From the NCBI GenBank assembly GCA_040770465.1, contig JAXGJB010000009.1, forward strand, positions 1 to 64,000: a stretch of DNA of 64,000 nucleotides. The letters are read 5' to 3'. Within the stretch, counting starts at the first letter, position 1. Each line of letters starts with the position of its first letter. Shown here one piece after another: positions 1 through 9,446 of this stretch. The DNA is from Methanothrix sp. GTDB taxonomy: Archaea > Halobacteriota > Methanosarcinia > Methanotrichales > Methanotrichaceae. The notes below the pieces were generated by a model that had not been told where the DNA came from, made no database searches, and worked only from the letters and a program-made list of their open reading frames with translations. The position numbers and the translations under genes were made by a program.

Positions 1-928
1 TGTGTGTATATTATGTATGACACTCGGAGCGAGTGCGGTAGAGTATCCAGAATTTAGGTCGGCTGTATCGACAACGGGAATAACTGCCAACTTTGAATCA
101 GTCTATTCGCAAGCTGAAACACTTCATATGGTATACGACATAGTCGACCACGATGAAAAAGGCATTGTATACAAGTACAAAGACACAGGAAGCTGGGGCA
201 TTTTGAAAGATGATGGTACAGTGGTTATTGCGAGTACATCTGCATTTAGTCTGGATGTAAAGGATGTGCTGAATGCCGACCTTGTCAGAGCCAAAAACCT
301 GGTCATAGCTTCGGGAGGTAGTACTTCTGATGCGCCTCTAGTCTACTATGTCGACGATCCATACTTGTATCGAGTCATAGAATATGATTTCGATAGCAGT
401 TTTGATCTAAACTTATATATCCCTAACTGTACTGTGCAAGGCGCAATCTTATCAGTATCGGGTTCTGATTTTGCTCAGACAAACGTAAATGATGAGATTG
501 TACAAGGCGGACAACACTATTGGATAGACAATAGCGAAGTTTCTGGCTGTGATTTACGAACCTGTAACATGTTCAAAAACGCTCCCAGTGGGATTTCCTG
601 TGTTCCAGAAGCCTGTAAATCTGATTATTTAAGGGGCGTAAGTGTAGCTCCGGTCGATATAACTGGAAAACTTGGACCTGGGGTCCATAGGTTCAATGCG
701 AGGTATATAAGTGACCCGCACACTATAACAATCGAAGCAGTGACATCAATCTCTGAAGATGAGATGTTGCTGTACAACGATCCTTACACGATATTGATAC
801 CAGAAACCAGGTCATCACCAATGACCGCCCTCTATGAGCTGATCGAGCCAGTGGAACAAGCTGATAATACGACCTTCGAGACTCCCGCGACGAATAGCAC
901 GGTATTAGAGCAGGCACAGAAAACCTGA
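1..928 (+). CDS. Hypothetical secreted protein (start at or before the window edge)
   Basis: Long ORF with a hydrophobic N-terminus (ILCMTLGASA) and a Cys-containing core; visibly more AT-rich than the neighbouring housekeeping genes. Confidence 0.7.
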   Translation, partial: VCILCMTLGASAVEYPEFRSAVSTTGITANFESVYSQAETLHMVYDIVDHDEKGIVYKYKDTGSWGILKDDGTVVIASTSAFSLDVKDVLNADLVRAKNLVIASGGSTSDAPLVYYVDDPYLYRVIEYDFDSSFDLNLYIPNCTVQGAILSVSGSDFAQTNVNDEIVQGGQHYWIDNSEVSGCDLRTCNMFKNAPSGISCVPEACKSDYLRGVSVAPVDITGKLGPGVHRFNARYISDPHTITIEAVTSISEDEMLLYNDPYTILIPETRSSPMTALYELIEPVEQADNTTFETPATNSTVLEQAQKT

Positions 929-1283
929 TCTATGTTGTCTCAACTGCGAGAAGTCCTCAGTTCGGGTGGCTAGGTGTTCCACCTCTCCACCTAAATCATC
1001 CTTTTTATAAATCAATATAATAATATGGCAGATCCAGACTCAACGCCTTCATCATCCGAGGCTTCGCCAGCGCCTCCTCTTCGAAGAGTATATTCACGCT
1101 TCCCAGGTACACATTCCTGGCGCCCCCCCCCGATTCTTGGATTATCTCTATGGACTCGCCTGCTTGGATGGCCGCTATGCCGACGTTCCATTCATCGCCG
1201 AAGCAGATGATTCGCGACGGCTTTCCCTCCCGACCTCCCAAAGAGGTTAAATAAATCCGCCACGAAGGCTCAACCGGCGATAT

Positions 1284-2543
1284 ATGATGTCATTTGAGAT
1301 CGAGAACATTCACGCTCGCGAGATCCTCGACTCGCGAGGAAACCCCACCGTTGAGGTAGACGTCTGGACCTGCTGCGGCTTCGGCCGGGCTGCCGTCCCC
1401 TCGGGCGCGTCGACGGGGACCCACGAGGCTCTTGAGCTGCGGGACGGCGATGACCGATACGGCGGCAAGGGCGTCCTCCGGGCGGTCAAGAACGTCAACG
1501 AGATCATCGGGCCGAAGCTGATCGAGTCCGGCATCGCCGCGCTGGAGCAGCGGGCCGTCGACAACTTCATGCTGGCCCTGGACGGGACACCCCTCAAGTC
1601 GAACCTCGGCGCGAACGCGATTTTGGGGGTCTCCCTCGGTGTCGCTAAGGCCGCTGCCGACGAGCTGGGTATACCACTCTACCAGTACCTCGGCGGCGTC
1701 AACACCACGACCCTGCCGGTGCCTTCCTTGAACGTCCTCAACGGCGGCCAGCACGCCGGAAACGACCTCGCGATCCAGGAGTTCATGATCCTCCCGAAGG
1801 GCGCAAGCTGCTTCTCGGAGGGCCTCCGGATGGCGGCGGAGACCTACCACGCCCTCGGCAAGATCCTCCAGGGGAGGTACGGCGCGGGAGCGACCAACGT
1901 CGGCTACGAGGGAGGCTACGCCCCGCCCCTGAACAAGACAACCGACGCCCTCGACTCCCTGATGTCCGCCCTCGACGTCACCGGCTACGATAAAGAGATC
2001 GGGATCGGGATGGACGCTGCCGCCTCCAGCTTCTACAAGAACGGGACCTACGCCATCGACGGCAAGAAGCTATCCAGCGGCGAGATGGTCGACTTCTACG
2101 CGGACCTCGTGGCAACCTATCCCATCATCGCCATCGAGGACCCCTTCGATGAGGAGGGGTACGACGACTTCGCCGCCCTGACGGCCCGGCTCCCGGGAAC
2201 CATCATCGTCGGCGACGACATCTACGTCACCAACGTCCAGAGGCTCGCGAAGGGGATCGAGATGAAGGCGACAAATGCCCTCCTCCTCAAGCTCAACCAG
2301 ATTGGCTCCGTCTCCGAGGCCTTCGACGCCGCCCGGATGGCTTTCAGAAACGGCTTCAAGGTGATGGCAAGCCACAGGTCCGCCGAGACCGAGGACTCCG
2401 CCCTCGCCGACGTGACCGTCGCCCTGGGAGCCGAGATGCTCAAGACCGGCGCCCCCGCTCGGAGCGAGAGGAACGCCAAGTACAACCAGCTCCTGCGGAT
2501 CGAGGAGGAGCTCGGGTCCGCCGCGAGCTACGCCCGGATCTGA
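1284..2543 (+). CDS. eno: Enolase (phosphopyruvate hydratase)
   Basis: AREILDSRGNPTVEV, VPSGASTG, LLKLNQIG, SHRSAETED and RSERNAKYNQLLRIEE motifs. Confidence 0.98.
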   Translation: MMSFEIENIHAREILDSRGNPTVEVDVWTCCGFGRAAVPSGASTGTHEALELRDGDDRYGGKGVLRAVKNVNEIIGPKLIESGIAALEQRAVDNFMLALDGTPLKSNLGANAILGVSLGVAKAAADELGIPLYQYLGGVNTTTLPVPSLNVLNGGQHAGNDLAIQEFMILPKGASCFSEGLRMAAETYHALGKILQGRYGAGATNVGYEGGYAPPLNKTTDALDSLMSALDVTGYDKEIGIGMDAAASSFYKNGTYAIDGKKLSSGEMVDFYADLVATYPIIAIEDPFDEEGYDDFAALTARLPGTIIVGDDIYVTNVQRLAKGIEMKATNALLLKLNQIGSVSEAFDAARMAFRNGFKVMASHRSAETEDSALADVTVALGAEMLKTGAPARSERNAKYNQLLRIEEELGSAASYARI

Positions 2544-2612
2544 GACGGCAGCGTCGCGGCTGGAAGGTGCGGCTCGAAAGGTCTATAATCGAAAGGCTCC
2601 AAGGGCCGGAGC

Positions 2613-2921
2613 ATGGAATACTCGTTCAAGAGGGGCTTTAAGCCCGAGCTTGATAGGATCAAATCAACACTGGAGGAGGAGTTTCCCACCGAGATCCGGG
2701 TGGAGGGTGGGAGGCTTCTTCTCAGCTACGGCGCCCTCAAGTCCATCGAGGTCTCGATCGAGGGAAAGAAGCTCATCGTCAATACCGAGTCCTCCGACGA
2801 GGTCGGCGACGATCTGATCCTCGACACCAACAAGAGATTCAGAAACTTCCTGGAGAAGGCCACCGGCTACACCGCAAAGCAGAGGCTCCAGCAGGCGAAG
2901 AAAGAAGTGAGCAAGGGCTGA
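2613..2921 (+). CDS. Conserved archaeal protein (DUF5611-like)
   Basis: YSFKRGFKP at the N-terminus and FLEKATGYTAKQR at the C-terminus, typical of this small methanogen family. Confidence 0.75.
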   Translation: MEYSFKRGFKPELDRIKSTLEEEFPTEIRVEGGRLLLSYGALKSIEVSIEGKKLIVNTESSDEVGDDLILDTNKRFRNFLEKATGYTAKQRLQQAKKEVSKG

Positions 2922-3161
2922 GCCGGGTCTTTTTCGCCCTTCGCATCCTGCTTTTCTGCCCGTCTCGTTCTGCCTTCTCACCCGTTGCCTTCTCACCCGT
3001 TTCCTTCTGCCCAGGCATTCCGCCTTCTCATTCTGCTTTCTCATTCCGGCCTTCGACCAGCAGCCGCTGCTCGGTCCCACCTCCATCGGGCATCCGTTCT
3101 TCATGTCGGGATCCCGCCTGGGAGTCTCTCTTTCGTCAGCCTCAAGCCTCTCTAGCAGGAT

Positions 3162-4262
3162 CTAGCAGACCCGTAGCCTCCCCGCCACGAACTCCTCCAC
3201 CAGGTCCCCGACCCTCTCCAGGTGCCGGTCGACGATGGCCACGATCCTCCTCTCGGCGCTGCCGTCGGGGGGGTTCTCGCCCCTCACCTCCACCGCCTTG
3301 AGGAGGGGCTCGGTCAGCGGGGCTCCGATCCTGCTCACCAGGGTGACGTACGCCTCTTCCACCCCGTCGAGCTCGGCGATCTCCTCGGCCGCCCGCTGGG
3401 CCACCACGTTGTAGATCTTCCCCACGTGATTTACGGGATTCTTTCCCGCGATCGCCTCGATGGACATCGGCCGCATGGGGGTGATGAGCCCGCTCCCCCG
3501 GTTCCCCCGGCCGGTGGCGCCGTCGTCCCCCATCTCGATCGAGGACCCGGTCAGGGTGAGGAAGATGTTCTCCTCGCCGTCGGCGGCGTTGACCGCGACC
3601 CGTGCGTCGACGGCTCCGAGGATCGTCTCGCGAACCTTCGCCTTCACCTCCAGGTAGTCCTCCATGGAGGAGACGAACCTGGAGACGATCGCCGCCGCAG
3701 CCACCAGGTTCAGCTCATCGCCGATCCTCACCGCCATAACCTTGGTGTCCTCACCGACGCCCCTGACTCCCCTGATCCTTCCCTCAAGATCCAGGACCAA
3801 AGCTTCTGTGGAGTTGAGGGGCGCAAACCCGACCCCGATCGACGTGTCGTTCGCCCCCCTCTTCATCAGGCTCCGAAGCTCCGGCGACCCCTCCCTCACC
3901 CTCGCGTCGATTCTGTACTCCACCAGGTTCGCGAGGGACCGTTCGAGATGGTCTGAGGCGACCCTCGCGATCAGAGCGTCCAGACCCTCCCCCTCCGGGG
4001 CCGTCGCCCTGCCACCGACGATCACCGTCGGCGGCTCCAGCACCTGGCCGCCGCCGAATTTGACCTCCGTCCTCCCGGCGGTTATCAGAACCTTGTCGAC
4101 GTTGTGGTGGAGGATCTCTCCGAACTCCTCCAGGTAGAACCGCGACAGCTCTCGCGAGATCGCCTCGGATATCCCATCCGCCAGCGTGTCCGGATGGCCC
4201 AGCCCCTTCCGCTCCACCACCTCGAAGGGCAGAAGACTGTACTTGACAAAATCGATCATCAA
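3162..4262 (-). CDS. mat: Archaeal S-adenosylmethionine synthetase
   Basis: [43 protein letters not shown] and [14 protein letters not shown] motifs. Confidence 0.95.
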   Translation of the reverse strand: MMIDFVKYSLLPFEVVERKGLGHPDTLADGISEAISRELSRFYLEEFGEILHHNVDKVLITAGRTEVKFGGGQVLEPPTVIVGGRATAPEGEGLDALIARVASDHLERSLANLVEYRIDARVREGSPELRSLMKRGANDTSIGVGFAPLNSTEALVLDLEGRIRGVRGVGEDTKVMAVRIGDELNLVAAAAIVSRFVSSMEDYLEVKAKVRETILGAVDARVAVNAADGEENIFLTLTGSSIEMGDDGATGRGNRGSGLITPMRPMSIEAIAGKNPVNHVGKIYNVVAQRAAEEIAELDGVEEAYVTLVSRIGAPLTEPLLKAVEVRGENPPDGSAERRIVAIVDRHLERVGDLVEEFVAGRLRVC

Positions 4263-4405
4263 AACACCCGAATATATTACTGAATCTCCGAATTAATATT
4301 TTGATCGGTTCTGATGAAATCGCCCCCGAGAAGTACGCCGATTGTCGAAGGCCGCTGGTCCAAACGTCGATCAATCTCATCTTAGAATTAGGACAATACT
4401 CCGAT

Positions 4406-4427
4406 TTGACAAATGTAAATTTGTCAA
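4406..4427. promoter_or_regulatory. Perfect 9-4-9 inverted repeat in the divergent mat/pan promoter region (candidate operator)
   Basis: TTGACAAAT-GTAA-ATTTGTCAA, about 30 bp upstream of a TTTATAA TATA-like box before pan. Confidence 0.5.
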
Positions 4428-4498
4428 CGAACTCGTCCGTCGATGAGCATGGAAAATTTATAATAATCATCCTATCACTGAGGGTGTAATTTATATTC

Positions 4499-5761
4499 AT
4501 GAAAGAGCATTCGATTGAGCACATGACTGAGTCAACAATTACGCCAGATCAGGAGTCGATTCAGGAATTACACATAAAGAGGATCACAGCTCTGGAGAAC
4601 GAGAACAAACACCTGAGCGAGGAGATAGAGACCCTCAGGATGGAGAAGGAGGATACCAGAGCCAAGCTCGTTGAGACCCTCATATCCAACAAGAAGTACA
4701 TGCGGGAAGAGGAGAGGCTGAAGAAGGAGAACGCCCTTCTCCGGAGGATGCCCCTCTTTCTGGCGACGGTGGTGGAGATGGGGGAGGACTACGTCCTTCT
4801 CCGGCAGCACGGGAACAACCAGGAGTTCATAACCACCACCTCCCCGGAGATGATGGAGAAGCTGGAGCCGAACACTCGAGTCGCCATTAATAACTCCCTC
4901 ACAATAGTGAGGGTTATGGACAAGTCCGTCGACGTCAGGGCCAAGACGATGGAGCTGATAGAGGCCCCCACCGTCTCTTACGACCAGGTGGGCGGGCTTG
5001 AAGACCAGATAAGAGAGGTGAGCGAGACCGTCGAGCTACCCCTCACCCAGCCCGAGCTATTCGCCGAGATCGGTGTGGAGCCGCCCAAGGGCGTCCTCCT
5101 CTTCGGACCTCCGGGTACCGGCAAGACCCTCATCGCCAAAGCGGTGGCCCACCACTCTCGAGCCACCTTCATCCACATGTCGGGAAGCGAGCTAGTCCAC
5201 AAGTTCATCGGCGAGGGAGCGCAGCTCGTAAGAGACATATTCCAGATGGCGAGGGACAAGGCCCCGGCCATCGTCTTCATCGACGAGATAGACTCCGTCG
5301 GGTCCATCAGGACCCACGACGGGACCACTGGGAGCGCCGAGGTGAACAGGACGATGATGCAGCTGTTGGCCGAGCTGGACGGCTTCAGGGCCAGGGGCGA
5401 CGTCAAGGTCATCGCCGCCACCAACAGGATCGACATCCTCGACCCCGCCCTCCTCAGGCCGGGCAGGTTCGACCGGATCATCGAGATCCCCATGCCCAAC
5501 TTCGACGCCCGCCTTTCCATCCTTGCGATCCACACCAAGAACATGAAGATGGACTCCGAAGTGGACCTTCGGGCCATCGCGAAGGAGACGGAAGGCGCCA
5601 GCGGTGCCGACCTCAAGTCCATCGCCGTCGAGGCGGGGATGATGGCCATAAGGCGCCGCGGAAGCTCGGTCACGTCGGATGACTTCAAGAGAGCCGTGGA
5701 CAAGGTCCTCGGCGAGGAGATGCTCCCCCGGGTCGACGAGTCCATGAGGATGTTCTCTTAA
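4499..5761 (+). CDS. pan: Proteasome-activating nucleotidase
   Basis: N-terminal coiled coil and OB domain, GPPGTGKT Walker A, FIDEID Walker B, DPALLRPGRFDR; C-terminal MFS resembles an HbYX tail. Confidence 0.95.
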   Translation: MKEHSIEHMTESTITPDQESIQELHIKRITALENENKHLSEEIETLRMEKEDTRAKLVETLISNKKYMREEERLKKENALLRRMPLFLATVVEMGEDYVLLRQHGNNQEFITTTSPEMMEKLEPNTRVAINNSLTIVRVMDKSVDVRAKTMELIEAPTVSYDQVGGLEDQIREVSETVELPLTQPELFAEIGVEPPKGVLLFGPPGTGKTLIAKAVAHHSRATFIHMSGSELVHKFIGEGAQLVRDIFQMARDKAPAIVFIDEIDSVGSIRTHDGTTGSAEVNRTMMQLLAELDGFRARGDVKVIAATNRIDILDPALLRPGRFDRIIEIPMPNFDARLSILAIHTKNMKMDSEVDLRAIAKETEGASGADLKSIAVEAGMMAIRRRGSSVTSDDFKRAVDKVLGEEMLPRVDESMRMFS

Positions 5762-6020
5762 GGTTGGGGGGGATTTGGGTTTGATCGCCGAAACCTCGGC
5801 GATCCTCTTCCCCTGAGATCCACTTCGTATATTTGATATATCTCTTCATTATATTTCTATTTTAATCATCTTTGTCTCTCTATATATAAGTTCCATCCCG
5901 AAGCTCATCAGAGCTGAATTCATCAGAGCCGAATATCTCTCACTGGCTCCATCTGTGGGGTTTGGTCGGGCTCCGTTTAGATCAGATCCGTCTGCTGGGG
6001 GAGGATATTTGAGCTCCCAA

Positions 6021-7205
6021 TCAGCCCTGGATGGCGTACTTCTCCGAGGGGTTCTTCAGGGGGCTGTAATCCTTATCCCTTTCGGAGATCGTTTGCGGAC
6101 TATCGCCGAGGCCGTCGCCGAAGTCGTCACATCCGAAGTAGCCGCTCCAATGGTTGCCGAGATGCCTCCTGTACGGGACTCCTCTGTAGACGTAAATGAG
6201 CCGGTCCGTTGAGTTCCAGTAGTTTGTGGAGTTCCAGGAATAGGCATTTTTACCGTTGTTGATGATGTTGTTCATGTAAATTCTGTTGTTGAAGGAGTTG
6301 TCGGCGTATAAGCCGAAGTCGTTGTAGCTGAGGTTATTTCCTGCTATGATGTTCCCGTTGGAGCTCTCAAGGCTGATGCCGTCCAGGTTGTCTCTCGCCG
6401 TATTGCTGGAGACGGCGTTCCTTGTGGAGTACAGGAGCCTGATCCCGAAGATGTAATTGTATCTCACCTTGTTTCCTCGGATGGTGTTGCAGGTCGATCG
6501 GAGGAGCCAGATCCCCTCATTCTCGTTGTATCGGGCGATGTTGTTGGTGATGGAGTTGTTGCTGCTCTCGCCCAGGATTATCCCCGCCCACTGATTCAGG
6601 CTGGCGTTGTTGTTTCTTATGCTGTTGTTGCTCGCTTTGCTGAGGAGTATCCCGCCGAAGGTGTTGTTGCAGGCGTTGTTCTCCGCAATGGTGCATCTCT
6701 GGGAAGTGTATATTGAAATACCCACGTCGTTGCTGCAGACGGAATTTTTCAGAATACTGTCACCGCCGGAGCCGTCAAGGACGATGCCGTAGTAGTTTCT
6801 ACTGATATCGTTGTCTCTTATTATGCAATTTTTTGATATGACCTTTATGCCGGCATCCTTCCACAACCTCCCCGATTTGGTGACCTCAAATCCCTCGAAG
6901 ACGACTCCATCGGCGGAGATGATGACGGCGCTTCCCATTTCATCAGCGTCCACCACGGGCCTTCCTTCGCCCGTGTCCAGGCCGATTAAGGCCAGCTTCT
7001 TGGTAATATTTATATTTTCGAGATAATGACCGCTCTTGATGATTATCCTATCACCTTCTCTGGCCCGGTCGATGGTGGCCTGGATGGGATTCTCTTCGGA
7101 GTCAGGACCGACTACGTATGTGGCAGCAATGGTCGGTCCAAGCCATAAGATCAGGACGAAGGCCGAGACTGCAAAACCCCTTTTGTAGACGCCGCGTCTT
7201 AGCAT
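6021..7205 (-). CDS. Secreted NosD/CASH right-handed beta-helix protein
   Basis: Signal peptide, IQATIDRA..GD.I, repeated GI.L..S.NN.I..N units and GNHWSGY..D..GDGLGD; start chosen at the ATG with an upstream GGAG. Confidence 0.85.
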   Translation of the reverse strand: MLRRGVYKRGFAVSAFVLILWLGPTIAATYVVGPDSEENPIQATIDRAREGDRIIIKSGHYLENINITKKLALIGLDTGEGRPVVDADEMGSAVIISADGVVFEGFEVTKSGRLWKDAGIKVISKNCIIRDNDISRNYYGIVLDGSGGDSILKNSVCSNDVGISIYTSQRCTIAENNACNNTFGGILLSKASNNSIRNNNASLNQWAGIILGESSNNSITNNIARYNENEGIWLLRSTCNTIRGNKVRYNYIFGIRLLYSTRNAVSSNTARDNLDGISLESSNGNIIAGNNLSYNDFGLYADNSFNNRIYMNNIINNGKNAYSWNSTNYWNSTDRLIYVYRGVPYRRHLGNHWSGYFGCDDFGDGLGDSPQTISERDKDYSPLKNPSEKYAIQG

Positions 7206-7330
7206 GGGACATCTCCACTTCCGGTCGAGAATAGGCATTCTATGCATTAAAAGCTTTTTTATGCGTCCATCGCAAAACTCAGCCGATTTAAGCCGAAAAT
7301 CTTAAGTATTTCTGGGTTTTCTGTCCCATT

Positions 7331-8467
7331 GTGGAAGTGGACGATAATATTTCGGTGGAAGAGGATATCTTCTATGAGTATACCGTCCCTTCTGATATCG
7401 GGCCAGACGGTTTCGATCCAGGCTCCAACATATCTAACCTTACTCCGGACCTTCCGAGGGAGCTCGCTTCGGAGTTGCCCGCAGAGCTCACCGGGGACGG
7501 CCCCAAGGCCACCTTGACCTCGTTCATCGATCACCTACACCAAGCTCTGGGTGAACAGCTCTTTGAAGCATTACAGATCTTCATCGAGATAGTCGTCATC
7601 GTCCTCGTGACCTATCTGGCCGCCAGGATGGTGAGGCGTGCGATCACAGTTCACCTGCCCAGGGTCGTCTCTACCGGAAAGACGGGCGTTGATGCAGAGA
7701 CCGAGCTGACCCTCAGGACTCTGATCAGCAAGCTTCTCGTAGCTGTCATCTACATCGCCGGTTTTCTCCTGGTGATCTCCAGGATACCGACTCTCAACAG
7801 TCTCGCTGTAACTCTGCTGGCTGGTGCAGGTGTTGCAGGCATCGCCATAGGCTTTGCTGCTCAGGACTCGCTGTCCAACCTCATATCCGGGATCTTCCTT
7901 GCGGTCTTTCAACCATTTCGCGTCGGTGACTTCATAGACTTCGAAGGCGAGTATGGCCAGATCGAGGATCTGACCCTGAGGCACACCACCATAAGGACCT
8001 GGGACGGCCGGAGAATCTTCGTCCCCAACAGCATCATGGGCAACCAGCCGATAATCAACTGGTCGATAACCGACCCCGTCATAACCTGGAGAATAGACGT
8101 CGGGATAGGCTACGGCGCAGACATCGACAGGGCGAGAGAGATCATGCTCGAGGTGGCGAAGAGACATCCTCTGGTCCTGAAAAACCACGAGATATCGGTG
8201 AGGGTTACCGAGCTTGGCGATTTCGCCGTAAACATGAGGCTGGCTGTGGACGTTCCCAACAGGGATGTGGCCTACACCACCGCCTGCGACCTCAGGGAGG
8301 CGATAAAGAAGAGGTTCGACGAGGCCGGGATAGAGATACCCTACCCCTACAGAAACCTCCTCATCCAGAATCCGATCGTACCATCGCAGAGCCCTGAATA
8401 TCAGGATCCATTGGCTCAAGGTTTCCATCAGCCTGATGAGGTGCCTTTGGGGGGGAAGGCCTCATGA
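7331..8467 (+). CDS. mscS: Small-conductance mechanosensitive channel
   Basis: GIAIGFAAQDSLSNLISG, PFRVGDFI, T.IRTWDG..IFVPNS and GIEIPYP motifs. Confidence 0.92.
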   Translation: MEVDDNISVEEDIFYEYTVPSDIGPDGFDPGSNISNLTPDLPRELASELPAELTGDGPKATLTSFIDHLHQALGEQLFEALQIFIEIVVIVLVTYLAARMVRRAITVHLPRVVSTGKTGVDAETELTLRTLISKLLVAVIYIAGFLLVISRIPTLNSLAVTLLAGAGVAGIAIGFAAQDSLSNLISGIFLAVFQPFRVGDFIDFEGEYGQIEDLTLRHTTIRTWDGRRIFVPNSIMGNQPIINWSITDPVITWRIDVGIGYGADIDRAREIMLEVAKRHPLVLKNHEISVRVTELGDFAVNMRLAVDVPNRDVAYTTACDLREAIKKRFDEAGIEIPYPYRNLLIQNPIVPSQSPEYQDPLAQGFHQPDEVPLGGKAS

Positions 8468-8469
8468 CC

Positions 8470-9024
8470 TCAGAGCCTGGACCTGATGATCTCCAACAGG
8501 TCTTCGATCTTTCCGCCTTTGGCTGAGACGGGTGCGATTTTATCTCGCCACTGGCTCCAGGGTGGGAGCATCCCCAGCCGTTCGCCGATGGCGTCTAAAG
8601 TGGCGTCGGGATCTCTGACCTTGTCCATCTTGTTGGCGGCCACAACGACGGCGAGGTCCAGATCGGTCAGAAACTCGAAGAGCTCCACCTCTAGGGGAAC
8701 CTCTCCCCTCTCTTCCCACCGGTCGGCTATCTCGACGAAGCTGGCGGCGTCTATCACCTGTATGACGAGGAGGATATCTTCATCGTTATCCTCGAAGTAC
8801 CGGACGATGAAGTCCTTTGTTCCCTCCTGGACCTTCTTATCGGCGCCCTTCATGTAGCCGTATCCCGGCATGTCGACGTAGGTTACGTTCCCCACCCGGA
8901 CCCTGGCGGGGCCGACGGTAACTCCGGGCCTTCTTCCCACCCTCACCTTCTTGCCCGTCAGCCGGCGAAAGAGGGTGGATTTTCCGACGTTGGACCTGCC
9001 AATCAGGACGATCTCTGAAGCCAT
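8470..9024 (-). CDS. engB: GTP-binding protein EngB
   Basis: GRSNVGKST, RPGVT, DMPGYG and NKMD motifs. Confidence 0.92.
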   Translation of the reverse strand: MASEIVLIGRSNVGKSTLFRRLTGKKVRVGRRPGVTVGPARVRVGNVTYVDMPGYGYMKGADKKVQEGTKDFIVRYFEDNDEDILLVIQVIDAASFVEIADRWEERGEVPLEVELFEFLTDLDLAVVVAANKMDKVRDPDATLDAIGERLGMLPPWSQWRDKIAPVSAKGGKIEDLLEIIRSRL

Positions 9025-9110
9025 GGACGATCAACTCTTCTCCGTATCGAGCCGCCACCAGAAATTCGTTTCTCTCCTCGGAGCCGACGGTCTGGATACG
9101 CCGGCCGACC

Positions 9111-9126
9111 GGAAGGCTTATATTCG
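9111..9126 (+). promoter_or_regulatory. BRE + TATA promoter of putative sRNA 1
   Basis: GGAAGGCTTATATTCG, with the TATA box centred about 26 nt upstream of A9147 at the base of the hairpin. Confidence 0.6.
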
Positions 9127-9146
9127 ACAAATGCCGTATGTATGAT

Positions 9147-9216
9147 AGGCAAAAGTCGACCGCACGTTTTCCTCCCTCCCTAAAAATCCCTACACCCGAC
9201 TTTTGCCCCTCCCTTC
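9147..9216 (+). ncRNA. Putative small RNA, copy 1 (hairpin with C-rich loop)
   Basis: Stem GGCAAAAGTCG (9148-9158) / CGACTTTTGCC (9197-9207); loop contains CCTCCCTCCC and AATCCCT; pyrimidine tail; no ORF. Confidence 0.6.
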
Positions 9217-9272
9217 ATTGCAGTATATCATCGGTTTATTTTGGCGGGATCCGGCAAATTTGCGGGTCAACA

Positions 9273-9288
9273 GAAAGGTTTATATTCG
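9273..9288 (+). promoter_or_regulatory. BRE + TATA promoter of putative sRNA 2
   Basis: GAAAGGTTTATATTCG, exactly 162 bp after the copy 1 promoter and with the same spacing to AGGCAAAAGTC. Confidence 0.62.
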
Positions 9289-9308
9289 TCAGATGACGTG
9301 GTAACATC

Positions 9309-9384
9309 AGGCAAAAGTCTGATGGCAAAAGCGTCCCTCCCTCCTGAATCCCTTATATCGACTTTTGCCCCCACCTCCCTTTTA
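9309..9384 (+). ncRNA. Putative small RNA, copy 2 (hairpin with C-rich loop)
   Basis: Stem GGCAAAAGTC (9310-9319) / GACTTTTGCC (9360-9369); loop CCCTCCCTCCTGAATCCCT; tail CCTCCCTTTT. Confidence 0.6.
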
Positions 9385-9446
9385 TCCACGCGTCGGAAAC
9401 CTTTAAGGGCGTCTTCATAGTTCACTTTATCTGCCGGTGTTCGACC

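Noticed and set aside
1005-1241. Short ORFs upstream of eno
   Set aside because: No recognisable motif or RBS on either strand; cannot be supported.
2930-3060. Degenerate pyrimidine-rich repeats (GCCTTCTCACCCGTT) and ORF 2664..3104(-)
   Set aside because: Low-complexity spacer between convergent genes; the ORF overlaps a real gene and has no protein-like features.
9111-9384. CRISPR mini-array, tRNA or MITE interpretation of the paired hairpins
   Set aside because: The repeats are inverted within each unit and preceded by TATA boxes; there is no cloverleaf and no target-site duplication was seen.
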